From: a virus
IMG/VR virus record: IMGVR_UViG_3300045988_151631
Length of the DNA stretch: 42,177 nt
Reading direction: 5' to 3' (one strand)
Part shown: piece by piece, positions 15,451-22,863 of the stretch
How positions within the stretch are numbered: position 1 is the stretch's first letter
How the letters are laid out: the number at the start of each line of letters is the position of its first letter
Made by a program: the position numbers and the translations under genes
Notes under the pieces: generated by a model
What the model saw: only the letters and a program-made list of their open reading frames with translations
The model's database searches: none
What the model was told of the DNA's origin: nothing

Positions 15451-15538
15451 AAATATGCTGATATTTGGCTTAGTTATGCGGTTTGTGGCTTTTTCGCAAA
15501 TTTAAGCAACTATTTTAAAACTCACTCAAATTAACACG

Positions 15539-15571
15539 AATTGCATTCAAATTGCATTCAAATTGCATTCA
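15539..15571. repeat. 3 x 11-bp perfect tandem repeat AATTGCATTCA
   Basis: Copies at 15539, 15550 and 15561. Confidence 0.9.
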
Positions 15572-15680
15572 ATTTTTTCTCTAATAGGTAGAATTTATTT
15601 TTTTGAGGTTACAAAAAAACTACTGTATTTTTGTAACCGCTAATTTGTAAATTAACCTTGTTTTTTTGGGTGTTTTCAAT

Positions 15681-15712
15681 AAAATAAAAAGTGCAGTGGA
15701 TGATACTGCACT
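15681..15712 (-). terminator. Terminator of the XRE pseudogene transcript
   Basis: AGTGCAGT-7 nt-ACTGCACT then U-run on the minus strand. Confidence 0.65.
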
Positions 15713-15760
15713 CTGTTCTTCACGGCGGTGCTTGTTAATTCAAGCATCGCTTATTTTTTT

Positions 15761-16210
15761 CTATTTGCGGTTGTTGTCAATTATACTTACTATATCATTA
15801 TCAGCCATACCATTGTCAACGGCATAACGATAATTACAGTCACAAAGTCCCTCATCATCCTCTTGTAGCTTCTTGGGTGTAGCAAGATACTTTCCAGTAA
15901 AGCGTAAAATTTCTTTTCTCCGTTTGTTCGTCAACAATGCATATGCTATCTGTTGCGAGCAATCATCTAAAGTACAATATAATGAAATAATGTTCTCATC
16001 AACAACACGGGGCTTAGTGCCAAATATATAGTTTGCATCAATATTGAACATATGACACAGCGGCACTATATATTTTATGGGAATAGGCTTTATGCCCTAT
16101 TCCCAAGCATAATAAGTTGCTGCACTAACGCCAAGGCTTGATGATGCCGCTTTAACGCTTGTCTTGCTTGATTTGCGTATTTTCCTCAGTCTGTTAAGTA
16201 TTCCTTTCAT
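15761..16210 (-). pseudogene. XRE-family HTH gene interrupted by one in-frame TAG (codon 38)
   Basis: ATG 16210 .. SSLGVSAATYYAWE-TAG-GIKPIPIKYIVPLCHMFNIDANYIFG is colinear with HTH_3 proteins. Track ORF 15761..16066 is the downstream part. Confidence 0.7.
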
Positions 16211-16318
16211 TTTTTCTTTCCTCCTTTTTTACTTAACAACCGCAAATATTCAATTTTTTACAATTATACTACAAATAAAAAAAGATTGCAACATAATTCA
16301 CAAATGCTGTGAAAGGAA

Positions 16319-16426
16319 GTGAAAAAAACGAACAGTAAGCAAAGAGAGGAAGTGCTGAAAATGATTGAAAACTTGACACACGAACAAAAAATTCAATTCC
16401 TCGAATACATTAGCAAGCAAGAATAA
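16319..16426 (+). CDS. Possible micro-ORF (35 aa from GTG 16319, or 21 aa from ATG 16361)
   Basis: Divergent from the XRE gene, followed by a strong hairpin. Confidence 0.3.
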   Translation: MKKTNSKQREEVLKMIENLTHEQKIQFLEYISKQE

Positions 16427-16455
16427 AGGCGGGATTTTTTCCCGCCTTTAAGTTT
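16425..16455. terminator. Bidirectional terminator
   Basis: AAAGGCGGGA-ttttt-TCCCGCCTTT. Confidence 0.75.
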
Positions 16456-16968
16456 TTATTGTGCCGCTATGATTGCGCCCATATCGTAATTAACTGCCGC
16501 AAGGTCAATCAATTTTCGTTCCGCTGTGCGCAATTCGCCCGCCACTTCATAAATGAGGTTGCAAACGCTGTTAGCCGCCGAAATTTCACCTATAGTTATC
16601 AATTCACTATACGATTTTTCGTACAACTCTTTTGTTTGCTTCTCCCAATCGCGCCACTTCTCGAATCCGTCCTTGACCGCTCGTTGTTTCGTTGCCGTGT
16701 CAACATCCTGTTTAACATGATTTCGCCAACTGTCGGGTATAACGGAAATTTTATCAATGGAATATTCGGGCAAGAGCTTGTTATAATCGCACACATAATC
16801 ACTCATCCACTCGCTGTGCGTGGTGAACTCGTGGCAAGCGTGAAGCTTGTGCAATTTCTCATATTCTCCGAGATTGAGAAATGCGAAGTATTCAGCCATT
16901 TGGCTATGAAACATTATGCCCTCTATCATATGCGCGTTTATCTTTGCGAATATATCAGCAACAGTCAC
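16456..16968 (-). CDS. Hypothetical helical protein (170 aa), possibly ferritin-like four-helix bundle
   Basis: GTG 16968 after AAGGAG. Helical heptad pattern loosely like ferritin/Dps. Function uncertain. Confidence 0.6.
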   Translation of the reverse strand: MTVADIFAKINAHMIEGIMFHSQMAEYFAFLNLGEYEKLHKLHACHEFTTHSEWMSDYVCDYNKLLPEYSIDKISVIPDSWRNHVKQDVDTATKQRAVKDGFEKWRDWEKQTKELYEKSYSELITIGEISAANSVCNLIYEVAGELRTAERKLIDLAAVNYDMGAIIAAQ

Positions 16969-16972
16969 AATA

Positions 16973-17374
16973 TCACTCCTTAATAACCTTAACGGTCATA
17001 TTGTTAATAACGGCATCCGCGCCTGTTAATACAATAGAGAGTGACGATGTTTCGCAATCATTATAATTGCGTATTGTACCCACAACTGCTATGTTTGTTG
17101 TAGTGCTCACAGCTGCAACCGTTGCGCTTCCTGTTGCGCCGATGATATCTACGCCGTCATTTTTAGCCGTTACAGTTATTGTGCCTGCGGCGGCGGGCGT
17201 TGCTGTGACCGACACAAGCACCGTATAATAGCCCTTCCCTGTGTTGGCAATAGTGTTGCCGTCCTGTCTGCAATTGCAGCCGAAACGGCGCACAGTAGTG
17301 CCTAACGGTATAATGTTACCCGCAGTTACAGTCTGTGCAAGGCTGTTAACGGTTGTTATCATTGATTTACTCAT
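16973..17374 (-). CDS. Hypothetical Thr/Ala/Val-rich beta protein (133 aa), possibly BclA-C/C1q-like jelly roll
   Basis: SD GAAAGGAG. Composition and length resemble trimeric head domains. Weak inference. Confidence 0.6.
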   Translation of the reverse strand: MSKSMITTVNSLAQTVTAGNIIPLGTTVRRFGCNCRQDGNTIANTGKGYYTVLVSVTATPAAAGTITVTAKNDGVDIIGATGSATVAAVSTTTNIAVVGTIRNYNDCETSSLSIVLTGADAVINNMTVKVIKE

Positions 17375-17393
17375 AAAAAATTGCTCCTTTCAC

Positions 17394-17421
17394 AGAAAAA
17401 GAGGGCGTTAATGCGCCCTCT
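17394..17421 (-). terminator. Internal terminator of the accessory cluster
   Basis: AGAGGGCG-6 nt-CGCCCTCT then UUUUUC on the minus strand. Confidence 0.75.
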
Positions 17422-17444
17422 TTGTTACCTCGCCGTATAGGGCG

Positions 17445-18011
17445 TTAAATGTTGTTACATCCGTTGCAAGCACAGAACGGTGAAGCTCCGGCATTGTAAG
17501 TATAGCCATTAGGATAGCGTACTACACCATACATGCGGTTATCCATTTCAAGGCTTGCAACTTTATCTCGCAAAGCTTGCATTTCATTTGTTTGTATCAA
17601 CGCTCTTGTTGCTTCACCTTCTGCGTGAATTGCATTAGTAATATCACAAGTGCGTTGATTAAGCTGTGCAGACATATTAGCGGTAGCAAGTCTGTTTTCG
17701 CAGCAGCACTCTGAAATCTGCGTTGCAAGGTTTCTTCCCTCGTTAAGTATTGAGTTGTTGAGGGAATAAGTGCTGTCGCAAATGCCATTTTCAATAGCCG
17801 TCAAACGGTCATTGAGCTGGCCGAAATGCTGTCCGAACAGTATTTCCTGTTGACTTGCAGATGTAGCATAATCGCCGTAATTTTTCCCGTTATTATTCCA
17901 GCCAAAGCCCATAAACAAAAACAGTAAAATTACCCACCAAGCACCTCCGCCAAAGTCATTATCGTGCTCTGTTGCAGCTCTAACATCGGCTAACGAATAG
18001 TTAGAATCCAT
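17445..18011 (-). CDS. Membrane-anchored coiled-coil Cys-rich protein (188 aa)
   Basis: ATG 18011 after AAAGGAG. TM GGGAWWVILLFLFMGFGW, CCC motif, C-terminal CACNGC. Confidence 0.7.
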   Translation of the reverse strand: MDSNYSLADVRAATEHDNDFGGGAWWVILLFLFMGFGWNNNGKNYGDYATSASQQEILFGQHFGQLNDRLTAIENGICDSTYSLNNSILNEGRNLATQISECCCENRLATANMSAQLNQRTCDITNAIHAEGEATRALIQTNEMQALRDKVASLEMDNRMYGVVRYPNGYTYNAGASPFCACNGCNNI

Positions 18012-18042
18012 AAAATCTCCTTTCATTTATTTTATTAAATAA

Positions 18043-18056
18043 TTTGTGCGCACAAA
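18043..18056. promoter_or_regulatory. Perfect 14-bp palindrome TTTGTGCGCACAAA, candidate operator
   Basis: Lies in the 46-bp gap upstream of the 188-aa gene. Confidence 0.45.
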
Positions 18057-18057
18057 C

Positions 18058-18276
18058 TTATTTCAATATTTCTTGTAGTGATATTGCTTGCTCTTTTAAT
18101 TCTTCAAACTGTTCTTGTGTCATTTGTCCGCTTGCGAGAAGTTGCTCAACAATTGCTTTAGGGTCTCCCGTCAGCGAACTTTTAAATTTGTTAAACTCCC
18201 TTATCATTGCAGCAGGGTTAATCTGATTTTGCCTTTGTGTTCTTTTTGTTAATTGTTGCAGTATCGGATTGAGCAT
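18058..18276 (-). CDS. Small helical protein (72 aa)
   Basis: ATG 18276 after GGAGG. Overlaps the 3' end of the upstream gene by 59 nt. Confidence 0.6.
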   Translation of the reverse strand: MLNPILQQLTKRTQRQNQINPAAMIREFNKFKSSLTGDPKAIVEQLLASGQMTQEQFEELKEQAISLQEILK

Positions 18277-18589
18277 TGATTATTTCCTCCAGTCTTGTTA
18301 CTCGTTCGTTTAATGATTTTGCTTCTGCCTCTGCTTCTGTCTTATACGGAGTAATCGAATAAGGCAAAACGGTTTTATATCCTGCGCCGTCCGTTTCGGC
18401 AAGCCAAACGATGGGCGCGGTTGTGTCAAGCATTAGCACGCTGCTGTTGGGGGCTAATTGGTATGCTTCCGCACCATTCTTGCCGTTTACACGCACAACC
18501 TCTGTGCGCTGTTGGGCTTGCATTTGGTTAAGCCGTTGCATATAAGGATTGTTGTATTGGTAAGGGTTATTGTATGGGTCATACATCAT
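18218..18589 (-). CDS. Hypothetical protein (123 aa) with Tyr/Pro/Asn-rich N-terminus
   Basis: ATG 18589 after AAAGGAG. MMYDPYNNPYQYNNPY then a beta-rich domain. Confidence 0.65.
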   Translation of the reverse strand: MMYDPYNNPYQYNNPYMQRLNQMQAQQRTEVVRVNGKNGAEAYQLAPNSSVLMLDTTAPIVWLAETDGAGYKTVLPYSITPYKTEAEAEAKSLNERVTRLEEIINAQSDTATINKKNTKAKSD

Positions 18590-18618
18590 ATCAACCGCTC
18601 CTTTCAGCTTTAATATAT

Positions 18619-18659
18619 AAAAAAAGAAGCGATACAAAGTATCAACTCTGTATCGCTTC
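18619..18659 (-). terminator. Strong terminator overlapping the stop of the 71-aa regulator gene
   Basis: 11-bp stem GAAGCGATACA/TGTATCGCTTC then 7 U. Confidence 0.8.
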
Positions 18660-18857
18660 ACGAATGATTTTGTTTATTAAATTCGTTTTGATTTTGTAAA
18701 ACCGATTGCGGTTAATGCTTAATTCAAACATTATGCCGTCGTCGGTCATATCATTTCGGGCTAAGTGGTTTATAATGATTTTTTCATCCTCGGTAAAGCC
18801 TATCTTTTTATCGAGGGTTGCAATATCTCTTTGCGAGAGAAAAGACAAATCAAGCAT
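18642..18857 (-). CDS. Small sigma region-4-like / ArpU-like regulator (71 aa)
   Basis: FTEDEKIIINHLARNDMTDDGIMFELSINRNRFYKIKTNL resembles region-4 HTH proteins. Confidence 0.5.
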   Translation of the reverse strand: MLDLSFLSQRDIATLDKKIGFTEDEKIIINHLARNDMTDDGIMFELSINRNRFYKIKTNLINKIIREAIQS

Positions 18858-18897
18858 TGCAAAGCTCCTTTATGTTCTTTTCTCTGTTCTTCACGCA

Positions 18898-19278
18898 TTA
18901 TTTTTCAATGAAATTCGCACTAAGTGACTGCCATAGCCATTCGCCTGTGTATATATCACGCATAAGCATAGGTGACGAGCGGTCGCCTACATACATTGTG
19001 GAGGTCCGGGCTTTGCCGTCCTCCGCGTCAAAATATTTGGCGGTGAAAAACTCGTCTTTAATCGCGTTGAGAATAAATGACAAGTCGGAAGTAGACAGAA
19101 TGCCCCACTGGATTGTAAGTTTGCGTTTCCTTGCCACTCGGTCGCGGGTCATATCGCCGTTTGCATTTCTACCTGTGCCCTCGTCATCGTCCAAGTCTTG
19201 TAATCCCCAAGTGATAGCTTTAGGGTCAGGCAATGCTTGACCATTGACAAGCAGTATTCCGCTTCTTTTAACGCGCAC
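18898..19278 (-). CDS. Hypothetical phage protein (126 aa)
   Basis: GTG 19278 after GAAAGGAG. Track start 19434 would overlap the divergent gene and lacks SD. Confidence 0.65.
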   Translation of the reverse strand: MRVKRSGILLVNGQALPDPKAITWGLQDLDDDEGTGRNANGDMTRDRVARKRKLTIQWGILSTSDLSFILNAIKDEFFTAKYFDAEDGKARTSTMYVGDRSSPMLMRDIYTGEWLWQSLSANFIEK

Positions 19279-19293
19279 TTTTAAGCTCCTTTC

Positions 19294-19312
19294 GGCTCTC
19301 AGGCGCTCAAAA
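19294..19312 (-). promoter_or_regulatory. Copy D of conserved box TTTGAGcGCCTGAGAGCC
   Basis: Minus-strand sequence 16 nt upstream of GTG 19278. Compare boxes at 30549, 36293 and 38295. Confidence 0.5.
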
Positions 19313-19318
19313 TTATTG

Positions 19319-19347
19319 TTGATTTTTACATTTATTTGTGATAATGT
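19319..19347 (+). promoter_or_regulatory. Promoter of the zinc-ribbon membrane protein gene
   Basis: TTGATT, 17 nt, TGaTAATGT (extended -10). Confidence 0.5.
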
Positions 19348-19378
19348 TAAATAAAAAAGAAATATGGAGGTTTCAAAA

Positions 19379-19690
19379 ATGAAAGTATGCCCTCGTTGTA
19401 ATGCACAAAACAGTGACAATGCGACAAATTGCACAAATTGCGGATTTAATTTTATGCAAAATCCACAACATCAGCCGATAATGCCGCAACAGCCTATACC
19501 GCAAGCGCAGATAAATCCTCAAACCGCATATTATTACGGTATGAAGGAACAGAAAAAGAAGGCACGAAAAACCGCGTTATCGTGGGAATATTATTCTTTA
19601 TTTTTGTTATCGGTGCGGCGAGCTCATCCGACAGCGGAAACACAAGCAACAACGCAACCGCCAACAGTACCATCGGCTCAGGCGAAGTGA
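19379..19690 (+). CDS. Zinc-ribbon N-terminal part of a split membrane protein
   Basis: ATG 19379 after GGAGG. CPRCNAQN..CTNCG, Pro/Gln linker. The frame becomes nonsensical after KKKARK. Confidence 0.6.
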   Translation: MKVCPRCNAQNSDNATNCTNCGFNFMQNPQHQPIMPQQPIPQAQINPQTAYYYGMKEQKKKARKTALSWEYYSLFLLSVRRAHPTAETQATTQPPTVPSAQAK

Positions 19691-20061
19691 CAACGCAAAA
19701 AAACAACACAGGTTCATATAATGTTGAAGTCAAAAGCGCAAAGCTTGCGAAAGATGTTAGCGATGACCCGATTATCGTGGTTACTTACTCATTCACGAAC
19801 AACAGCGATGATTCTATTGCATTTGATACAATTATAGATGACAAAGCATTCCAAGATGGTGTCGAATTAGGCTTTGTCTATACAAGTTGGGGCGTTGACG
19901 GACTGGATTTTGAAACACAGGGTAAAGAAATTAAGCCCGGCGTAACATACGATGTTACTTGCGCCTATGAATTAAACGACCAAAGCACTCCTGTTGACAT
20001 TGAATTGTATAGATACTTCAAGGACGAACCGTTTTATAAATACCGAGTAATAATTAAATAG
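19582..20061 (+). CDS. TM helix plus DUF4352/DUF5067-like extracellular domain (C-terminal part of the split gene)
   Basis: Frame open from 19450. VIVGILFFIFVIGAASS TM then a beta-sandwich-like domain. Confidence 0.6.
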   Translation: MGILFFIFVIGAASSSDSGNTSNNATANSTIGSGEVTTQKNNTGSYNVEVKSAKLAKDVSDDPIIVVTYSFTNNSDDSIAFDTIIDDKAFQDGVELGFVYTSWGVDGLDFETQGKEIKPGVTYDVTCAYELNDQSTPVDIELYRYFKDEPFYKYRVIIK

Positions 20062-20069
20062 CAGAAGCA

Positions 20070-20097
20070 AAGCAAGGATTTATTCCTTGCTTTTTTC
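20070..20097. terminator. Bidirectional terminator between convergent genes
   Basis: AAGCAAGGA-tttat-TCCTTGCTT then TTTTTC. The tail-fibre stop lies in the loop. Confidence 0.75.
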
Positions 20098-22860
20098 TAT
20101 TTTGTCGAGGCGCGCTCTCAGCTCGTCTATTTCGGCTTTTTGCTCTTGTATAAGCTTCAGCATAGCGGGAAGCACTATGCGCTCTCTCCAGCTCTCAGGC
20201 TCGCCGTCATCGTTGTATTGGCAAGCATTGGGATAATACTTGTCTACATCCTCGGCTATAAGTCCGACTTGCATACCCTCAACAAGCTGTTTATCCTTGT
20301 GCTCATCTTTGTATTGATACTGTTTAACAGGTAAATCATAAAGCTTGTGCGGGTCTAAATCCTCGTTAAACTCGGTGCTTATATCCTTTTTGTAGCGTGC
20401 AGATGAAGTGGTGCATTGAAGTCTTCCGTCACCATCAACATACACTGGTGCTAAGCCGGAATCACTCGAACGCCAATTGATATAAGTGTCTCCTCGCAAA
20501 TGGCTATCATCGTTTAGGTCGAGTATTCCTTGCACATCAAGCTTTCCTTCTACATACATACCACCATCGCAAGAAAACATAATAGACTTGCCATCCGGAA
20601 CAGAAATAGCTAAATCACGGTCAACAGACATTGTAGACCTTAGTGTACTGCTTGAACCATCACTCCATGTGTTCGTGCTAAATGTGAATATTGAACGGTT
20701 CTTTTTGCCATCATGTGCCACAAGATAAACTACGCCGCCCTCAATATATGTTCTGTAATTTTTATCATAGTAGCCATAACCGATAACAAGTGCCCCGTCT
20801 TGATATGGCGAAAGAATTAAATTTCCGCTTGCATCGTAAAGGTTAGAATCGTTGCTTGAAAGATAAATACCATTATAGCAATGTTGCTCTCCGTTAGAAG
20901 TAACCCACCATCTGCCGTGGTATCCGTCACTCTCTTTTTGCTGCACAGAAAATGCCCAGCTCTTATCACCAATCACCGCGGATTGCACATAAGTACGATA
21001 ATTGCCGTTATCTGCCCATAAGGCTTCTGAATCGATGTTAAAGCCGCCTATTGTGCCGGTGTAAGATAATATCCCGTCAGCAAATATTTTACCGTCTTTG
21101 GTGAGAGCTGTTGCATATGTTTTGCCGCCATTGGGTGTATAACCTAAAGCGCCATTGTTCCATACCCACATTGCAACATTGGTACTTCCGTTGGCAGTAA
21201 CAACCTTGCCTTCGGCATTATCCCATTTAAGCTCAATATCAGCATCGGGGATAGCTATTGCGCGCATTTTGTTTTGGGCATCATAAACGAATTTAACATA
21301 GCCGCCATTTACACCTGTGAACATAGAAACAATGTTTTGGTATTTTTCGTTAAAATCTGAAAATACTTGTGTTAAAGTTTTCGTGCTCGGGGTGCTTATG
21401 AATGTTGCCTTGCCGTCTGTTGTAATGTTGCCGTCAATAGAGGCGCTCATTCCACCCTTAAAGCTTATTGTCTGTGAGCAAATCAAAACCGGCACCAAGG
21501 TGTTGTCTTTGTCTTTGACATAGACTATATCACCGCTTTCATATGCTATATTACCTCGGTTTTTTAGCGTTGCCGGTGTAAGCTTTATATCGGAATATAG
21601 ATTTAATATATTTTGTGCATCTGTCTTGTCGATATATGGATTTGTAAAGTTAAATCCAAACTCACCGCTTCCAACAGTTATGGCCCCACCGTTTCCGTTG
21701 GAATCTTTTTCTGTTCCTGTTGTTAAATAATCAACTGAAAGTGGGTTTTGCTTTTCTTTTTGAAATCCGTTTTGAAAATATTGTCCCAAGCCTATGGTGT
21801 AGTTTGTATCGGTGTATGGTGCAATAACAAGCTCATCATTGGCATTTATTTTAGCGTTGCCGCCAAGCAAGCCTGCCATATAACCGACCATAGCACGGGG
21901 CGAAACATTGAAAAATCCGGGGTTTGGTAACAATTTATCAGTATTTACAAGCACCATGCTCTCATAATATTTAGTTATTATCTTATAGGTGTTTGCTTTG
22001 CTCTTTTCAGCATCAGCACCTTTTAACGAAAAGCCTAAATATGTTTCATATGGCAAACTCGGCACTAATAATGTGCAAGTTATATATTCCTCGCCTGTAT
22101 TTAAATCAATAAATTGTGACAGCTGCAAGCCGCTGTATTCGTTGTAAGTCAATAAGTTTGTTCCAAGCATACCTCTAAAGAGGCATACTTGGAGTGGGTC
22201 ACTGTAACTGTCACTTGAAAACATTCGCCATTCAACCTCTTTGGCATAAGGTGGAATGCGCACAAGGTTGTTTTTACCAATGCCGTAAAACAAGTCTGCC
22301 TGCACTTCATCGCCGTTGCTGTTATAGCTAACAGCTTCTGCTTTGCAATCTGCAGTTATAGTCAGCGTTTCAGGCTCTTTTTTTATATTTGCAATTATGC
22401 CTGCCTGATCTGCAATATCTAATATTACACTTGTAGCCCTTACTTTGTCTGCGCCTAACTTGCAAGTATAAGTGTTTCCAAGTGCATTAAGCTTGAGCAT
22501 TGCATCATATGCTTTAATTGTTACTGATTTATAATTATTTGTAGTTGAAACACTGTCAACATAATATACGCCTATGGGCGTATACTCTGTGTTACCGTCA
22601 ACAACTATGCCAAATTCAAGCTTAATTTTGGCATTTTCAAGCCCAACGAAATTATCAGGCACATACATTTCCATTTGCAACTCGTTACTGCAAGTGTTGC
22701 CAAGTGATAATGTGCTTGTTGAGCACATTGTATCTGTAATTTCAGCTGATATAATGTGCTCTCCGTCCACAACATACTTGTCATTGAATGTAGCCTTGAT
22801 TTTTATTTGGCGGCTGTCTCCGTCAAAGGCGCTTTTTACTTTTGGGTTTAATATTTTCAT
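20080..22860 (-). CDS. Tail fibre / tail-associated protein with C-terminal intramolecular chaperone (peptidase S74) domain
   Basis: 926 aa directly after the tape measure. C-terminus DLPVKQYQYK .. VGLIAEDVDKYYP .. LPAMLKLIQEQKAEIDELRARL is S74-like. Confidence 0.8.
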   Translation of the reverse strand: MKILNPKVKSAFDGDSRQIKIKATFNDKYVVDGEHIISAEITDTMCSTSTLSLGNTCSNELQMEMYVPDNFVGLENAKIKLEFGIVVDGNTEYTPIGVYYVDSVSTTNNYKSVTIKAYDAMLKLNALGNTYTCKLGADKVRATSVILDIADQAGIIANIKKEPETLTITADCKAEAVSYNSNGDEVQADLFYGIGKNNLVRIPPYAKEVEWRMFSSDSYSDPLQVCLFRGMLGTNLLTYNEYSGLQLSQFIDLNTGEEYITCTLLVPSLPYETYLGFSLKGADAEKSKANTYKIITKYYESMVLVNTDKLLPNPGFFNVSPRAMVGYMAGLLGGNAKINANDELVIAPYTDTNYTIGLGQYFQNGFQKEKQNPLSVDYLTTGTEKDSNGNGGAITVGSGEFGFNFTNPYIDKTDAQNILNLYSDIKLTPATLKNRGNIAYESGDIVYVKDKDNTLVPVLICSQTISFKGGMSASIDGNITTDGKATFISTPSTKTLTQVFSDFNEKYQNIVSMFTGVNGGYVKFVYDAQNKMRAIAIPDADIELKWDNAEGKVVTANGSTNVAMWVWNNGALGYTPNGGKTYATALTKDGKIFADGILSYTGTIGGFNIDSEALWADNGNYRTYVQSAVIGDKSWAFSVQQKESDGYHGRWWVTSNGEQHCYNGIYLSSNDSNLYDASGNLILSPYQDGALVIGYGYYDKNYRTYIEGGVVYLVAHDGKKNRSIFTFSTNTWSDGSSSTLRSTMSVDRDLAISVPDGKSIMFSCDGGMYVEGKLDVQGILDLNDDSHLRGDTYINWRSSDSGLAPVYVDGDGRLQCTTSSARYKKDISTEFNEDLDPHKLYDLPVKQYQYKDEHKDKQLVEGMQVGLIAEDVDKYYPNACQYNDDGEPESWRERIVLPAMLKLIQEQKAEIDELRARLDKIEKSKE

Positions 22861-22863
22861 ATT

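Noticed and set aside
16097-16099. TAG reassignment (recoded genetic code) as the explanation for the in-frame amber in the XRE gene
   Set aside because: TAG is used as the ordinary stop of many intact genes here, for example those ending at 3665, 8256, 9033, 9277, 9703 and 15761. The only tRNA is Pro(UGG), not a suppressor. The large late genes have no internal TAG.
16459-16983. 174-aa plus-strand ORF co-extensive with the minus-strand gene 16456..16968
   Set aside because: The minus-strand ORF has an AAGGAG SD, fits the operon and looks like a folded helical protein. The plus-strand product is Phe/Cys/Arg-rich nonsense lying between two minus-strand-oriented signals.
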